In this document: one piece after another, positions 24,696 to 36,889 of the stretch
Position numbering within the stretch: the first letter of the stretch is position 1
Layout of the letters: each line of letters starts with the position of its first letter
Assembly (NCBI RefSeq): GCF_000143415.4
Contig: NW_003314305.1
Location: 1,566,750-1,630,749 of the forward strand
Direction of reading: 5' to 3'
DNA length: 64,000 bases
DNA from: Selaginella moellendorffii
Taxonomy: Eukaryota; Plantae; Lycopodiophyta
Program-made: the position numbers and the translations under genes
The notes under the pieces: generated by a model
The model's input: the letters and a program-made list of their open reading frames with translations, nothing else
Database searches by the model: none
What the model was told of the DNA's origin: nothing

Positions 24696-25433
24696 TCATA
24701 TGGCCAGAATGATGCTGGAGACGATCAAGAAGCTAGACATACTGGAAAATATGAAAATGAAAGAGGAGCTTCGGATAGTCTCCGCAAGCCAACTTCGGGT
24801 CCTGCCTGAGCATTTACGTGGAGGCCCACCACACAGCCCTGGATTGCTGGCAAAGAACCTAGACGAAAAGTTCCGGCCAAAACTCGTGAAAGATGACGGA
24901 ATTGTCCCAGTGAACTGGTTGAAGGAGACGTCAAACTTGGTGAGCCGGGGAAGAACTCCAATCTGTCCGGGAATGGGTCCCAAGAATCTGTTGTGGCTCA
25001 AGTCGAGATTGTTGAGAAAGGTGCAATTGTTAAAGGAAGTCTCAACAGATCCCGAGAAGGAATTGTTGTGGACGTCAAAGCTGATGAGGTATGGAATGCC
25101 GCAAATGTTGGAGGGAATGGTGCCGTTGAGCTTATTATGTGAGAGGTCGAGAAACGCGAGGTTGGAGCACTTGTCCAGGCCTCGAGGAAATCCACCCGTG
25201 AGCCCGAGCCCTGGCAGATCGATTTTATACACGACCTCATGGAAGCAATCGATCCCGGCGAACTTGCAGATGCTAAACGTCGGTGGGAAGATCCACGAGT
25301 CGAGGAAGTGCATGGGATCCCTGATCGAGCTCTTGAACTCTTTGAGACACTCGACATCGCTCTGGCAAGAAATTACCCCGAGGAGCAGCGCGATGACGAG
25401 CATGCTCGATAATCCGGCCCTGGCCGCCTCCAT
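24696..25433 (-). CDS. BIR-like LRR ectodomain protein without kinase, hydrophobic C-terminus (inverted copy)
   Basis: Signal peptide MEAARAGLSSMLVIALLLGVISC, SDVECLKEFKSS, ICKFAGIDC, about 4-5 LRRs, FASNPGLCG, and the ending FIFIFSSMSSFLIVSSIILAI*. Confidence 0.85.
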   Translation of the reverse strand: MEAARAGLSSMLVIALLLGVISCQSDVECLKEFKSSIRDPMHFLDSWIFPPTFSICKFAGIDCFHEVVYKIDLPGLGLTGGFPRGLDKCSNLAFLDLSHNKLNGTIPSNICGIPYLISFDVHNNSFSGSVETSFNNCTFLNNLDLSHNRFLGPIPGQIGVLPRLTKFDVSFNQFTGTIPSSFTSFGRNFSSRFFASNPGLCGGPPRKCSGRTRSWLAETIRSSSFIFIFSSMSSFLIVSSIILAI

Positions 25434-28352
25434 CGCCGCGAGATTCCAGGAGCTCGACCGATATTTCGAGGCGCTCGACACACCTTGATTTCTAGCGGGA
25501 CCGCAGCAGCTCGCAATCCTATCCCGCTCGCCTCTCCCGAAAGCCCTAGCCCTGCCGCCTTCTCTCCCTTTGCATTATCCTAGCGTGTGCTCTCATAGCC
25601 AATTCCATGAAAAATGCGCACCGACGGCCTAGATTGCGTTCTTCGGTCAAGGCTAGGAATCACTGTATTTCGACCTGCGGAATCACCCCAATGCTTTCTA
25701 GCATGTGTTCTGGTCCGCCATAGCCACCGATTGCGTACTTCGGTCAAAACCGGGAATTCAACGCGTGGAATATTGAAAAAATTCTACTTGATTTTTTTGT
25801 CTAATGTTTAGACCTCCACGGCAACATCAACTGAAGGTGAGGACTTGCTCTGGGCGCCCGGACACTAGAATTCTTTGGAATTTGAGGACTTGCTCTGGAC
25901 GTGCGGACGCGCGAGGCAGCTGGATGGATTGCGCGGACCATGGATCTCGGTTGGGCTGCTCGGATCTCATTGCTGGATCTGAGGGAGAATGCGCTTGAAG
26001 TCGATTCTCGAAAGTTTGGCGTCTCTATCGGATTCAATCTCTGTTCTGCTTCCCGCTTCGATTTCTTGGATTTTCTAGCGGCTGGGCCGAGTGTGTTGAG
26101 ACTAAAGTGTTCTCTAGGTGGCAATGGAGATTGAAAAGAATACCCAGGTAATCTTCTCTCCCCTTGGAGAATTATCTTCACGCTACTGCCAAAGGTATGA
26201 TCTGAGCTCTCGTTCCATTTTTCAAGTTTAAAAGTTCCTTGGGTGGCTTTCACCACATCTCCACGGCTATGACTTCTTCATCATCAGGCAAGGCTTTGGA
26301 AACTATAAGAAAAAGTATGAAGCCAACTTCAACCTTGGTATACACACTATTTATGTTGCAAGGATGCATTTTCTACCAGCTGAGCTATCTTCCAGGTAAG
26401 CAACTCTTGCATTCTAAACTCCCTCAACAAATTTGTGGCGTAAATCACAAATTTGTATAGTGGTGATTATTACTTTCAGCACTATATAATTCTATATAAC
26501 CTGATCATCTATACATATTCTGAATGGTGGTCAGGTTTCTTTTATGTTATCTCATGTTGCCAGCTTCACAACATCTACACTGGGATTGTGTTTTTCTTTT
26601 GGATGATCTACATTGTTCCGAGGTCAAGTCTTTGCGTGCACTTTTATGTATATATGCTTATATGAATTCCTATGGCAGCAACAGGAGTATGCCTGCTCAA
26701 AGCTTCTAAGGCAAAAAACAGTGCAGAATTATGAATTGACCAGAAAGCCGCGGGAGACTGGGGATGCCCGACCTCGAGTCCAAGCTTGGGCCTGACCTGG
26801 TCCAGATCGTACAAATAAGAATTCTAGCAAAAGTTTCAGTAAATTTCTAGCAAAACTTCTCTATTAGAAATTTTAATTGATTTTTCCAAACTCGAATTCA
26901 CAGTGGCAGTTCTCCCACTATCCAAAAATTTGACTGTAGTGCAAAGTTACAATTTGTAACGTCTCCAGCAAGCTCTGCTTTTTGGTGTGAAACTTCACTC
27001 CAGCTCTAGATGGCGATGCCATGCCATCTACCACCCTCACCATTTCTTAACGCCCAATGCCAACGTAGTCACAACACAATTCAATAGAATGGATGCTCAC
27101 AAATAGAGGATGAAATTGTATACTTAATTAAATTTGAGTATGAACAAGCTTGAAAATAAATATATTTAGTTAAAAATGCCTGAAAGCTATGAATTTTTTT
27201 ATTGATATGAAACTATGCTACAATCATCTAGACATTGCCAAGAATCATAAGCACAGCTCTGATCTCATTCGTTCGTTATTAGCTTGATTGCAGTACCACA
27301 TTCAGAAGGCATGTCACCTGGATCGATCAAGAGTTTGCTCTTTAAGATGCCGTGACTAAAGCTTCCATCTCCGTACTGGAGGGAGCTATGTAGGCTGTCG
27401 AGTTCGTGGCTCAGCTACTCCTATTCTTGCCTTCTTTGTTGTGGTCCCTGTGGATCAAACTCGAAGCCCCAGCCGGGGTCGCTGCATTGATACTATGCTA
27501 GATCGCACCGGAGGCGATCGGGTAGATCCATGGAATGGCAGTGACATGAAAGCGCTTGCGCTGTAATCGAGAAGCACGTCCAGAGCACCGTTGAGGAGGT
27601 AACAGGTCCCAAGCCGCTCCAGGATTACGAGCCGGTAGAGCAGATCGGGAGGTCCGGCCCTTGTGTGGACGCTCATAATCCCGATGTTCTAGATAACTAG
27701 CACATCCTGTCAGGGGAGACGAGGCAGGGTTGGAATCACCAAGGCAGTCCTGGCCCTGGACGAGAGGAAGACTGCAATGGTGACAGAGCCATAAGTGACT
27801 TTGTAACGGCTAAAGTTAAACAGTTAAAAAGAAGAAAAGAATGTTTTGTTCCAGGAATCGCTGGGGAGGGAGCTAGTACCCGAGAAGACCGGCTTCGTGC
27901 CTATGGAGCAGCCTCTAGGCTGGCGAGGACGAGGCGAAGAATCCATTTATGAATCCTCTCAGATATGATCCAAGACAATGTTTCCAAGCACAAAGACGAC
28001 TTACAAAAATTTCTTAGAGTAGCGCTCAACTCAGTGCGGTCAATCGCAAGCAAACTGGAAGGTTTGTCTGGGTCATTCGTGCTGATGACTCTAGTCATAA
28101 CGAATGGCTGAAAAGCTACGAAAAAGTCTCACTGAATTCGACCGAGAAGATTTTGATCAAAACGTTTCAGGTCATCTTCAATCTGTTACACTGTGATCCT
28201 CTTTCGCAAGGTAGCAGACAACTTTAAATCAGCTGCATGTCTCTAATCCTATCAGGGCGCTAGAAAGCCCGGCTAGGTAAAACGTAGAATTCCTCATTTC
28301 TACGACCTTTGTGTTTGAACAAATAGACAAACAGAATCAGAATTCTAATCTT

Positions 28353-28460
28353 CGCGCTTCCGCACGCCCAGAGCAAGTCCTCAAATTCCAAAGAAGTCTA
28401 GTGTCCGCGCGCCCAGAGCAAGTAGACAAAAAATCAAGTAGAATTTTTTCAATATTCCAG
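28353..28460. repeat. Inverted copy of ~25767-25908
   Basis: CCAGAGCAAGTCCTCAAATTCCAAAGAA..TAGTGTCC and AAAATCAAGTAGAATTTTTTCAATATTCC are reverse complements of sequence upstream of the 25433 gene. Confidence 0.85.
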
Positions 28461-31400
28461 GCAAGACTATTGTCATATATTTGCCAAGATTTGCTTTAAA
28501 TACTCTAAATAGGAACTTTACATATGGGTCTATAGTAATCCCAAATGCCCATCCATATATATACTAGTCTTGAGTTCAAATTTCATGACTAAAGGTTTGG
28601 GGTTCACTTCTAACTATGGTCATTAATAATGAATATACTCCTCAGTAAATACAGAAAGATAATTAAAAGTTGTATCAAATTGAATTTATTTTCTCTATTA
28701 TTTTAGTATTAATAATTTTATCATCTCCCTGAGAAGTATGTTCACAAATATGATTGCTAAGAGAATACCTAAGCAACTCGACTAAAAAATAAGGTTTGTA
28801 GTATTAATACTTTGAGTTAAGTATGATAGCAACCTCAAACTCTTGCTCACAAACAAAAACATTTAGAGGAGGTGATGGTGGAATACGAGTTTGATTAAAA
28901 AGGGCATAAAGTTTTAATAAAAAATATAGAACACGAAATATTTATTATAGGGTGTGTGGTTTTTAAATAATGACAAACTTAAACATTTGATCCAATTAAA
29001 TAAAAAGGATTAGGTTGGCAAGAATGATAAACAATATGGCAATAAATAGCTTGAGCATGAAAAAGGTGATGATAAATTTCTTTATTAAAAAAATCTAAGA
29101 CAGTTGCATAAGCAATAAATTCATTTATAAGATCAAATGCTGAAGGAAATAAATATGACCAATGAAGGTGAATGCCATAAAAGATGAAAAATAAAAATGA
29201 TGTGCTAAAGAGTGTTAAGAATTATTATAAATAAATTCATTTGTAGGAAGGAAATTAACCCAATCATCTTGTTTATGAAAAATAAAGCATCAAAGATATT
29301 ACTCAAAACTTTGAATAGTATACTCTAATTTCCTATTACTTTAAGGATGTTAAAAAGTTAATTTGTTTTCTATATAAAGGAAAGAAAAAAACTAGTGCCA
29401 GAATTCAACCTAGTATTATGTAAACACAAAGACACTTAACCTCAACTATCCCAAGACCCTCAATTAATTATAAAATAAGGTGCATTTTTATTAATAAGAC
29501 TTTTCCTTTTCCATGTAAACTTTTACGAAACATTTCTTGAATTGTTCTTTTTAGTTTTTTATAATTTACCATGCCTTTATGAATGAAAGATGAGAATCAC
29601 AACTCTCCCAAGATGTTAATCTCAACATGTGGTATGATTTTTTAAACAAAATTAAACCTAGGACCCCTATGATAATATTGAGTGAAATCTGAATATATGG
29701 TATGATTCTTTTATTCAATCCCAATGATGTTTAGACCTAAGAGCCTTATAATAATTATTGAATTTTGTGGTCACCTAGCCCAGTAATATTTATACCCAAA
29801 CCTTCTATAATAATATTTAATAACATCTCAACATATGGTGTGTTTCATTCACCAACCAACAAAATCAAACCCAAAACCCCTATGATAATATTTAGCTTTT
29901 AAATTTTGAGGTCACCTAACTCAATACTATTTAAACCCAAGGATATTTAAATTTAAAACCCTTAACTCTTGAATTTTGAAGGCACATTATTCAAATTCAA
30001 TGATGTTTAACCTTAAGTATTTCAATTCCTCCACTTTTTTTTATAGGCCTTTTATTTTATATTTAAATCTTTATGAATCGTCTCTCAGGTCATTCTCTTT
30101 AGTTATTTACAATAAAAATAAATTGAGGCCTTTAATCATTAACAACATTATATAGCAATTTATAAAGGTGAAAAATCTTCTTATAAATAAGCTCAACCAG
30201 TTAGTCTCCATTAATTCTATTGTAACATAGCAAGAATTTATTTCCTTACTAATCTTTCATATTTTTGTGGATTTGACAATATTCTTATTATGGCCAATTG
30301 ATTTTCCAAAATAATATATTCAAAGACCCTAAAGCAAGAAAGTACAAAATAAGACAAATATTTTCTCTTTGGAGAAGACAAAATAAAGCATATTAAGGCA
30401 ATTTGGTTCATTGATGCATATTGTAAGTATGAATAAAGTGTTCAATATACTTGTGCATATAGGGCTAACAAAATTATCATTAGATCATTTCTAATGCTTT
30501 GTAGATATTAAAATGTTATAATATGTATACTTGGATAATACACAATTTAAATGAAGATGCAAGATAATTGTATTGAGTAAGAGCATTAACCTCCCATTTT
30601 CTTTCCTTAGACAATTTATATTGATAACTAGAAACAAAATAGTGATTGTGACTATTAAGCCTTAACACCCATTAAGGATGTGTGCCAAAGACTAATATTT
30701 ATAAATACTGGTCACATTAAGAAAACTTTTAAGGAAATAACTCCAAGCTTTAAAAGGGTTGTACCCTTTTAAAGTATTGCAAGTAGCACAAATTTACTTT
30801 CAATTTGCTTTCAACAAATTGCAAGTAGCACTTTGTTGAAAATATTATAATTGATCTTTGAAGCCAAACTTAGTTAAGAAAGTCATGAAACTCAGACCCA
30901 TGCTATCAAACTTTGTTGTCATACCAATATTTAGCTTTAAACTAAGAAGCTATTGTTAATGCTAATTTATTACACCTACAAGTGAAGTGTTATATTGAAT
31001 ATTCTGGTTTGATTATTATAAAGTATTGAGATCTGATTGAAAACTGTTGATATTAGATGTTCAAACTATCAATAGCTCATTGAGAGAAAGGGAGACAACA
31101 AAACAACAAATAAAATGGAGGAGAAAAGATTAAGTTTTAATGCCCTTTTAAAAGTATGGTTTTTAGGATTTATACTTATTTTGGTAATTAATAAAAAAAT
31201 CCTAATCTTGATATGGGTTCATCTTGAGTTTAAATCACATAAGTAGAAGTTTGGGGTTCACTTCATACTATGAATAGTAGTAATAAATATACTCCTTAAA
31301 TAAATACAAAAAGATAGCAAATAGATGACACTCCACACTACCTGAGTAGAGAGTGAGAATCAGCTGTAGACACTATAGATAAAGACAATAATAAAAGGAG

Positions 31401-32376
31401 TCTTAATCTTTAGATAAAATATTACATATTATATTGTTGCTTTACTTATTATCTAAATATCTTAATATAATATAATACTTTTATTATGATTTAAAAATTA
31501 TGTTGTTATAAATATTATATGTATATTTTTTATTTGAAAATATTAATTTATTTATAAGGTTTTCTTTTGTAAACATTAAAAGTTATAAACTAATATTATA
31601 ATTTTCATCTAGGAAATCCTTATTGCGTAATTTATTAATAAAAATATTTCATTCAATTTCACAAATTATTGTCTTCTCACAATAATCAATAAATATCTTC
31701 TAAAAATCAAACTCATAATTGTCCAATAAATCAAACTTAGACTCCACTTCAGTGAAGGATCTTCCTTCACTAGCAAAATACTTGGCTTTAGTCCTTGCAT
31801 TGATATCACTAGGATATAATAATTACAGGAGCAACACTATAATATTTTAGCATGTTTAATGAGGACAATAAAATAACATCTAAAGCCTTAATGAACAACA
31901 ACATGACAAAGACGACAAACAGGTATGACCAATTGTCACTATGGCATATTTGATCTGCCGGTCTCATGCTGCAAGACCTTGTAAATAGTATGAATGAATG
32001 AATGAAAATATATTGTAATAAAAGCTAACAAGAATGTCTTCCAGATCTAGCAGCTTATAAGAATAAATTATTTGATTGACTTTGTTTAAAGACTGGAGCA
32101 GCAAGGATTAAGGACGCTACGGGATGAGGGGCTGGAAGCTGTCGAGGAGGAGGAGGCTTTAGTTGGGCTTTAAAACAATCATCCTTAGCGTGCTATCAAC
32201 GCTCTTCACTCTGAATGTGGAATTCAACCCGAACATACACAGCATAAATATTAAACTCAATTGTAGAGCTCCAGTAGTAAAAACAACAGGAACAACCCTT
32301 ACAAATGGTCTCCTTGAAATATGTTATTAAGAGGTACTGCTACGGTTTTTAAAATCTCGAAATTTGAAATTCCCCT

Positions 32377-33126
32377 ATGCGAGCAATGGAGCTTGGATTC
32401 GTAAGAGTTCTTCTCGTATTGACAACTCTTTTCCTCCAGAGAATTTCCTGCTGGAGCGACGTCGAGTGCCTCAGGGAGTTCAAGAGCTCGTTCAGGGATC
32501 CCATGCGCTTCCTCGACTCGTGGGTCTTCCCGCCGACGTCTAACATCTGCAACTTCGCCGGGATCACTTGCCTCCACCCGGGCGATTCCAGAGTGTATAG
32601 CATCTCTCTTCCAGGATCCGGGCTCATGGGGGAATTTCCTCGAGGCCTGGACAAATGCTCCAGCCTCACGGTTCTTGACCTCTCCCAGAACGAGCTCAGC
32701 GGGGCCATTCCGCCCAACGTTTGCCGCATTCTTCCATACCTCGTGACCTTCGACATCCACGAGAATTCCTTCTCGGGATCCATCGAGACCTCCTTCAGCA
32801 ATTGCATCTATCTCAACAATCTCGACCTGAGCGAGAACAGATTCTCGGGGTCCATCCCCGGACATCTTGGAGTTCTTCCCCGGCTAACCAAGTTTGGCGT
32901 CTCTTCCAACCAGTTCTCGGGGCCAATTCCATCATCTTTAACCACGTTTGACTCTAGCGTCTTCGCCAGCAATCCAGGACTGTGCGGTCAGCCTCTACGT
33001 AACGAATGCCCACGCAGGAGCTGGCAATCCGAGGTGCTGGAGGCTATCCGAGGGTCCTCTCCAATTCTCATATTCTCCAGTTTGTCTAGCTTCTTGATCG
33101 TCTTGAGCTTGATTCTGGCCATATGA
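32377..33126 (+). CDS. BIR-like LRR ectodomain protein without kinase (copy 1)
   Basis: Intact 249-aa ORF with its own signal peptide, LRRs and a hydrophobic C-terminus (ILIFSSLSSFLIVLSLILAI*). Confidence 0.88.
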   Translation: MRAMELGFVRVLLVLTTLFLQRISCWSDVECLREFKSSFRDPMRFLDSWVFPPTSNICNFAGITCLHPGDSRVYSISLPGSGLMGEFPRGLDKCSSLTVLDLSQNELSGAIPPNVCRILPYLVTFDIHENSFSGSIETSFSNCIYLNNLDLSENRFSGSIPGHLGVLPRLTKFGVSSNQFSGPIPSSLTTFDSSVFASNPGLCGQPLRNECPRRSWQSEVLEAIRGSSPILIFSSLSSFLIVLSLILAI

Positions 33127-33598
33127 TAGTCAACACGAACTTGATTATGAAATTGTCTCTCTTTGTTTAAAAATTTGAACTCCAATCAACGATCCATATT
33201 TAAAGTCCCCAGTCTCACAGTCAAGAAAAGTCAACACAACACCACCAGGGAGGATCATGGCGGAACGATCACGGCGCTCCCGCCTTTTTGACCAGACAGA
33301 GTTTTCCAAAGACTTTGCTACGTGAGATCCACGCCGTTGAAAATTGCGCAACACCTGCCGTGGATTCCTAGCCTTGACCGAAGAACGCAATCTAGGCCGT
33401 CCGTGCGCATTTTTCATGGAATTGGCTATGGCGGCCCCAGAGCACACGCTAGGATAATGCAAAGGGAGAGAAGGCGGCAGGGCTAGGGCTTTAGGGAGAG
33501 GCGAGCGGGATAGGATTGCGAGCTGCTGCGGTCCCGCTAGAAATCAAGGTGTGTCGAGCGCCTCGAAATATCGGTCGAGCTCCTGGAATCTCGCGGCG

Positions 33599-34342
33599 AT
33601 GGAGGCGGCCAGGGCCGGATTATCGAGCATTCTCGTCATCGCGCTGCTTCTCGAGGTAATTTCTTGCCAGAGCGACGTCGAGTGCCTCAGGGAGTTCAAG
33701 AGCTCGTTCAGGGATCCCATGCGCTTCCTCGACTCGTGGGTCTTCCCGCCGACGTCTAACATCTGCAACTTCGCCGGGATCACTTGCCTCCACCCGAACG
33801 ATTCCAGAGTGTATGGCATCTCTCTTCCAGGATCCGGGTTCACGGGGGAATTTCCTCGAGGCCTGGACAAGTGCTCCAGCCTCACGACCCTCGATCTCTC
33901 ACAGAACGAGCTCAGCGGCAGCATTCCACCCAACGTTTGCAGCATTCTTCCATACCTGGTGGCCTTCGACATCCACGAGAATTCCTTCTCGGGATCCATC
34001 GATACCTCCTTCAACAATTGCACCTATCTCAACAATCTCGACTTGAGCCAGAACAGATTCTCGGGACCCATTCCCGGACAGATTGGAGTTCTTCCGCGGC
34101 TAACCAAGTTTGACGTCTCCAACAACCAGTTCTCGGGGCCAATTCCATCATCTTTAACCACGTTTGACTCTAGCGTCTTCGCCAGCAATCCAGTACTGTG
34201 CGGTCAGCCTCTACGTAACGAATGCCCACGCAGGAGCTGGCAATCCGAGGTGCTGGAGGCTATCCGAGGGTCCTCTCCAATTCTCATATTCTCCAGTTTG
34301 TCTAGCTTCTTGATCGTCTTGAGCTTGATTCTGGCCATATGA
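33599..34342 (+). CDS. BIR-like LRR ectodomain protein without kinase (copy 2, chimeric)
   Basis: The 5' part is nearly identical to the full-length kinase gene and the 3' part is nearly identical to copy 1. Confidence 0.88.
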   Translation: MEAARAGLSSILVIALLLEVISCQSDVECLREFKSSFRDPMRFLDSWVFPPTSNICNFAGITCLHPNDSRVYGISLPGSGFTGEFPRGLDKCSSLTTLDLSQNELSGSIPPNVCSILPYLVAFDIHENSFSGSIDTSFNNCTYLNNLDLSQNRFSGPIPGQIGVLPRLTKFDVSNNQFSGPIPSSLTTFDSSVFASNPVLCGQPLRNECPRRSWQSEVLEAIRGSSPILIFSSLSSFLIVLSLILAI

Positions 34343-34831
34343 TAGTCAAGAAGAACCTGATTATGAAAATGTCTCTCTTTGTTTGAAAATAGTCTTTGTT
34401 TAAAAATTTGAATTCCAATCAACGATCCATAATTAAAGTCCCCAGTCTCACAGTCAAGAAAAGTCAACACAACACCACCAGGGAGGATCATGGCGGAAAG
34501 ACCACGGCGCTCCCGCCTTTTTGACCAGACAGAGTTTTCCAAAGACTTTGCTACGTGAGATCCACGCCGTTGAAAATTGCGCAACACCTGCCGTGGATTC
34601 CTAGCCTTGACCGAAGAACGCAATCTAGGCCGTCCGTGCGCATTTTTCATGGAATTGGCTATGGCGGCCCCAGAGCACACGCTAGGATAATGCAAAGGGA
34701 GAGAAGGCGGCAGGGCTAGGGCTTTAGGGAGAGGCGAGCGGGATAGGATTGCGAGCTGCTGCGGTCCCGCTAGAAATCAAGGTGTGTCGAGCGCCTCGAA
34801 ATATCGGTCGAGCTCCTGGAATCTCGCGGCG

Positions 34832-36646
34832 ATGGAGGCGGCCAGGGCCGGATTATCGAGCATTCTCGTCATCGCGCTGCTTCTCGAGGTAATTTCTTGC
34901 CAGAGCGACGTCGAGTGCCTCAGGGAGTTCAAGAGCTCGTTCAGGGATCCCATGCGCTTCCTCGACTCGTGGGTCTTCCCGCCGACGTCTAACATCTGCA
35001 ACTTCGCCGGGATCACTTGCCTCCACCCGAACGATTCCAGAGTGTATGGCATCTCTCTTCCAGGATCCGGGTTCACGGGGGAATTTCCTCGAGGCCTGGA
35101 CAAGTGCTCCAGCCTCACGACCCTCGATCTCTCACAGAACGAGCTCAGCGGCAGCATTCCAGCCAACGTTTGCAGCATTCTTCCATACCTGGTGGCCTTC
35201 GACATCCACGAGAATTCCTTCTCGGGATCCATCGATACCTCCTTCAACAATTGCACCTATCTCAACAATCTCGACTTGAGCCAGAACAGATTCTCGGGAC
35301 CCATTCCCGGACAGATTGGAGTTCTTCCGCGGCTAACCAAGTTTGACGTCTCCAACAACCAGTTCTCGGGGCCAATTCCGTCATCTTTCCTTGGCCGGAA
35401 CTTCCCGTCTAGCGCCTTTGCCAGCAATCCAGGGCTGTGCGGTCAGCCTCTACGTAACCAGTGCTCTGGGAAGAAGAAGACGAGCGCGGCACTGATAGCG
35501 GGCATCGCGGCTGGCGGAGTTTTAGCTCTCGTGGGGGCGGCGGTGGCTTTCATTTGCTTCTTCCCGGTGAGAGTCCGGCCCATCAAAGGTGGAGGAGCAA
35601 GAGACGAGCACAAGTGGGCCAAGAGGATCCGAGCTCCACAGTCGGTGACCGTGTCACTGTTCGAGAAGCCTCTTACCAAGTTGAAGCTGACGGACCTCAT
35701 GGCCGCGACCAACGACTTCTCGCCGGAGAACGTCATCGGCTCCGGCCGCACAGGTGTGATCTACAAGGCCACGCTTCAGGACGGGTCCGTGCTCGCGATC
35801 AAGAGGCTCAAGCTCTCGGCTCACGCGGATAAGCAGTTCAAGTCGGAGATGGAGATTCTCGGCAAGCTCAAGCACCGCAACTTGGTGCCTTTGCTCGGCT
35901 ACTGCGTCGCCGACGCCGAGAAGCTGCTGGTTTACAAGTACATGCCGAATGGGAGCTTGAAAGACTGGCTGCATGGGACGGGGGAGTTTACGCTCGACTG
36001 GCCCAAGAGGCTTCGGGTGGCTGTCGGAGCGGCCAGGGGGTTGGCGTGGCTCCACCATAGCTGCAACCCGAGGATCATCCACCGGAACATCAGTGCTAGC
36101 AGCATTTTGCTCGACGAGGACTTTGAGGCCAGAATCACGGACTTTGGCCTCGCCCGCCTCATGAACCCGGTTGACACCCACATCAGCACGTTTGTCAATG
36201 GAGACTTCGGAGACGTCGGGCACGTAGCGCCCGAGTATTTGAGGACCTTGGTGGCGACCGCGAGAGGAGACGTATACAGCTTCGGCGTGGTGTTGCTCCA
36301 GCTGACAACCGGCCAAAAGCCTGTGGAGGTGGTGTCTGAGGATGGTTTCCGGGGGAATCTCGTCGACTGGGTGGGAATGCAGTCCCAGAACGGCACACTT
36401 GGGAGCGTGATCCAGAGCTCGCTGAAAGGGGCCGAGGTGGACGCCGAGCAGATGCAGTTTCTGAAGATAGCCATCTCGTGCGTTGCCGCAAATCCAAAGG
36501 AGCGACCTTCTTCCTACGAAGTCTACCAGCTGCTGCGAGCGGTAGGCCAGAAATACCACTTCTCGGATCAAAACGACGAGATCCCTTTGGTCGACTCGAC
36601 GGGGATCGACTGCGACGAGCTTATCGCGGCGTCACGCTCCGGCTGA
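34832..36646 (+). CDS. BIR-like LRR receptor (pseudo)kinase (LRR-RLK Xa), intronless
   Basis: Short LRR ectodomain, TM, WAKRIRAPQSVTVSLFEKPLTKLKLTDLMAATNDF, HRNLVPLLGYC, WLHHSCNPRIIHRNISASSILLDEDFE (HRD replaced by HRN), DFGLARLMNPVDTHISTFVNGDFGDVGHVAPEY. These are typical of the BIR clade. Confidence 0.92.
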   Translation: MEAARAGLSSILVIALLLEVISCQSDVECLREFKSSFRDPMRFLDSWVFPPTSNICNFAGITCLHPNDSRVYGISLPGSGFTGEFPRGLDKCSSLTTLDLSQNELSGSIPANVCSILPYLVAFDIHENSFSGSIDTSFNNCTYLNNLDLSQNRFSGPIPGQIGVLPRLTKFDVSNNQFSGPIPSSFLGRNFPSSAFASNPGLCGQPLRNQCSGKKKTSAALIAGIAAGGVLALVGAAVAFICFFPVRVRPIKGGGARDEHKWAKRIRAPQSVTVSLFEKPLTKLKLTDLMAATNDFSPENVIGSGRTGVIYKATLQDGSVLAIKRLKLSAHADKQFKSEMEILGKLKHRNLVPLLGYCVADAEKLLVYKYMPNGSLKDWLHGTGEFTLDWPKRLRVAVGAARGLAWLHHSCNPRIIHRNISASSILLDEDFEARITDFGLARLMNPVDTHISTFVNGDFGDVGHVAPEYLRTLVATARGDVYSFGVVLLQLTTGQKPVEVVSEDGFRGNLVDWVGMQSQNGTLGSVIQSSLKGAEVDAEQMQFLKIAISCVAANPKERPSSYEVYQLLRAVGQKYHFSDQNDEIPLVDSTGIDCDELIAASRSG

Positions 36647-36889
36647 CCGGGAGGACGCCCGCGCAAAGTCGTTCACGTAGCTGGTGTGGTTTGTGAGGAT
36701 TTCGCTTTCGCTTTCTCCATTCGTTTCGTGTAGACGAAGCGTGAGGTACGTAGCTAGTGGGGGACAGGCAAGCTCTCGTCCTCGTCCACAGATGGAACTC
36801 TGGTCGGGGTTGCAAATAGGCACAGGTGGTATACAGATACACAGGTGGGACTCTCACTTATATAACGACGAAACGGGAGGGCCATCGCG

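Noticed and set aside
24700-25488. 262-aa plus-strand ORF, and similar antisense ORFs at 32349, 33544, 34777 and 35654
   Set aside because: These are antisense shadows of GC-rich LRR/kinase coding sequence.
33551-33598. MSSASKYRSSSWNLAA N-terminal extension in the ORF track
   Set aside because: It starts at GTG. The ATG at 33599 (and 34832, 25433) gives a normal signal peptide.
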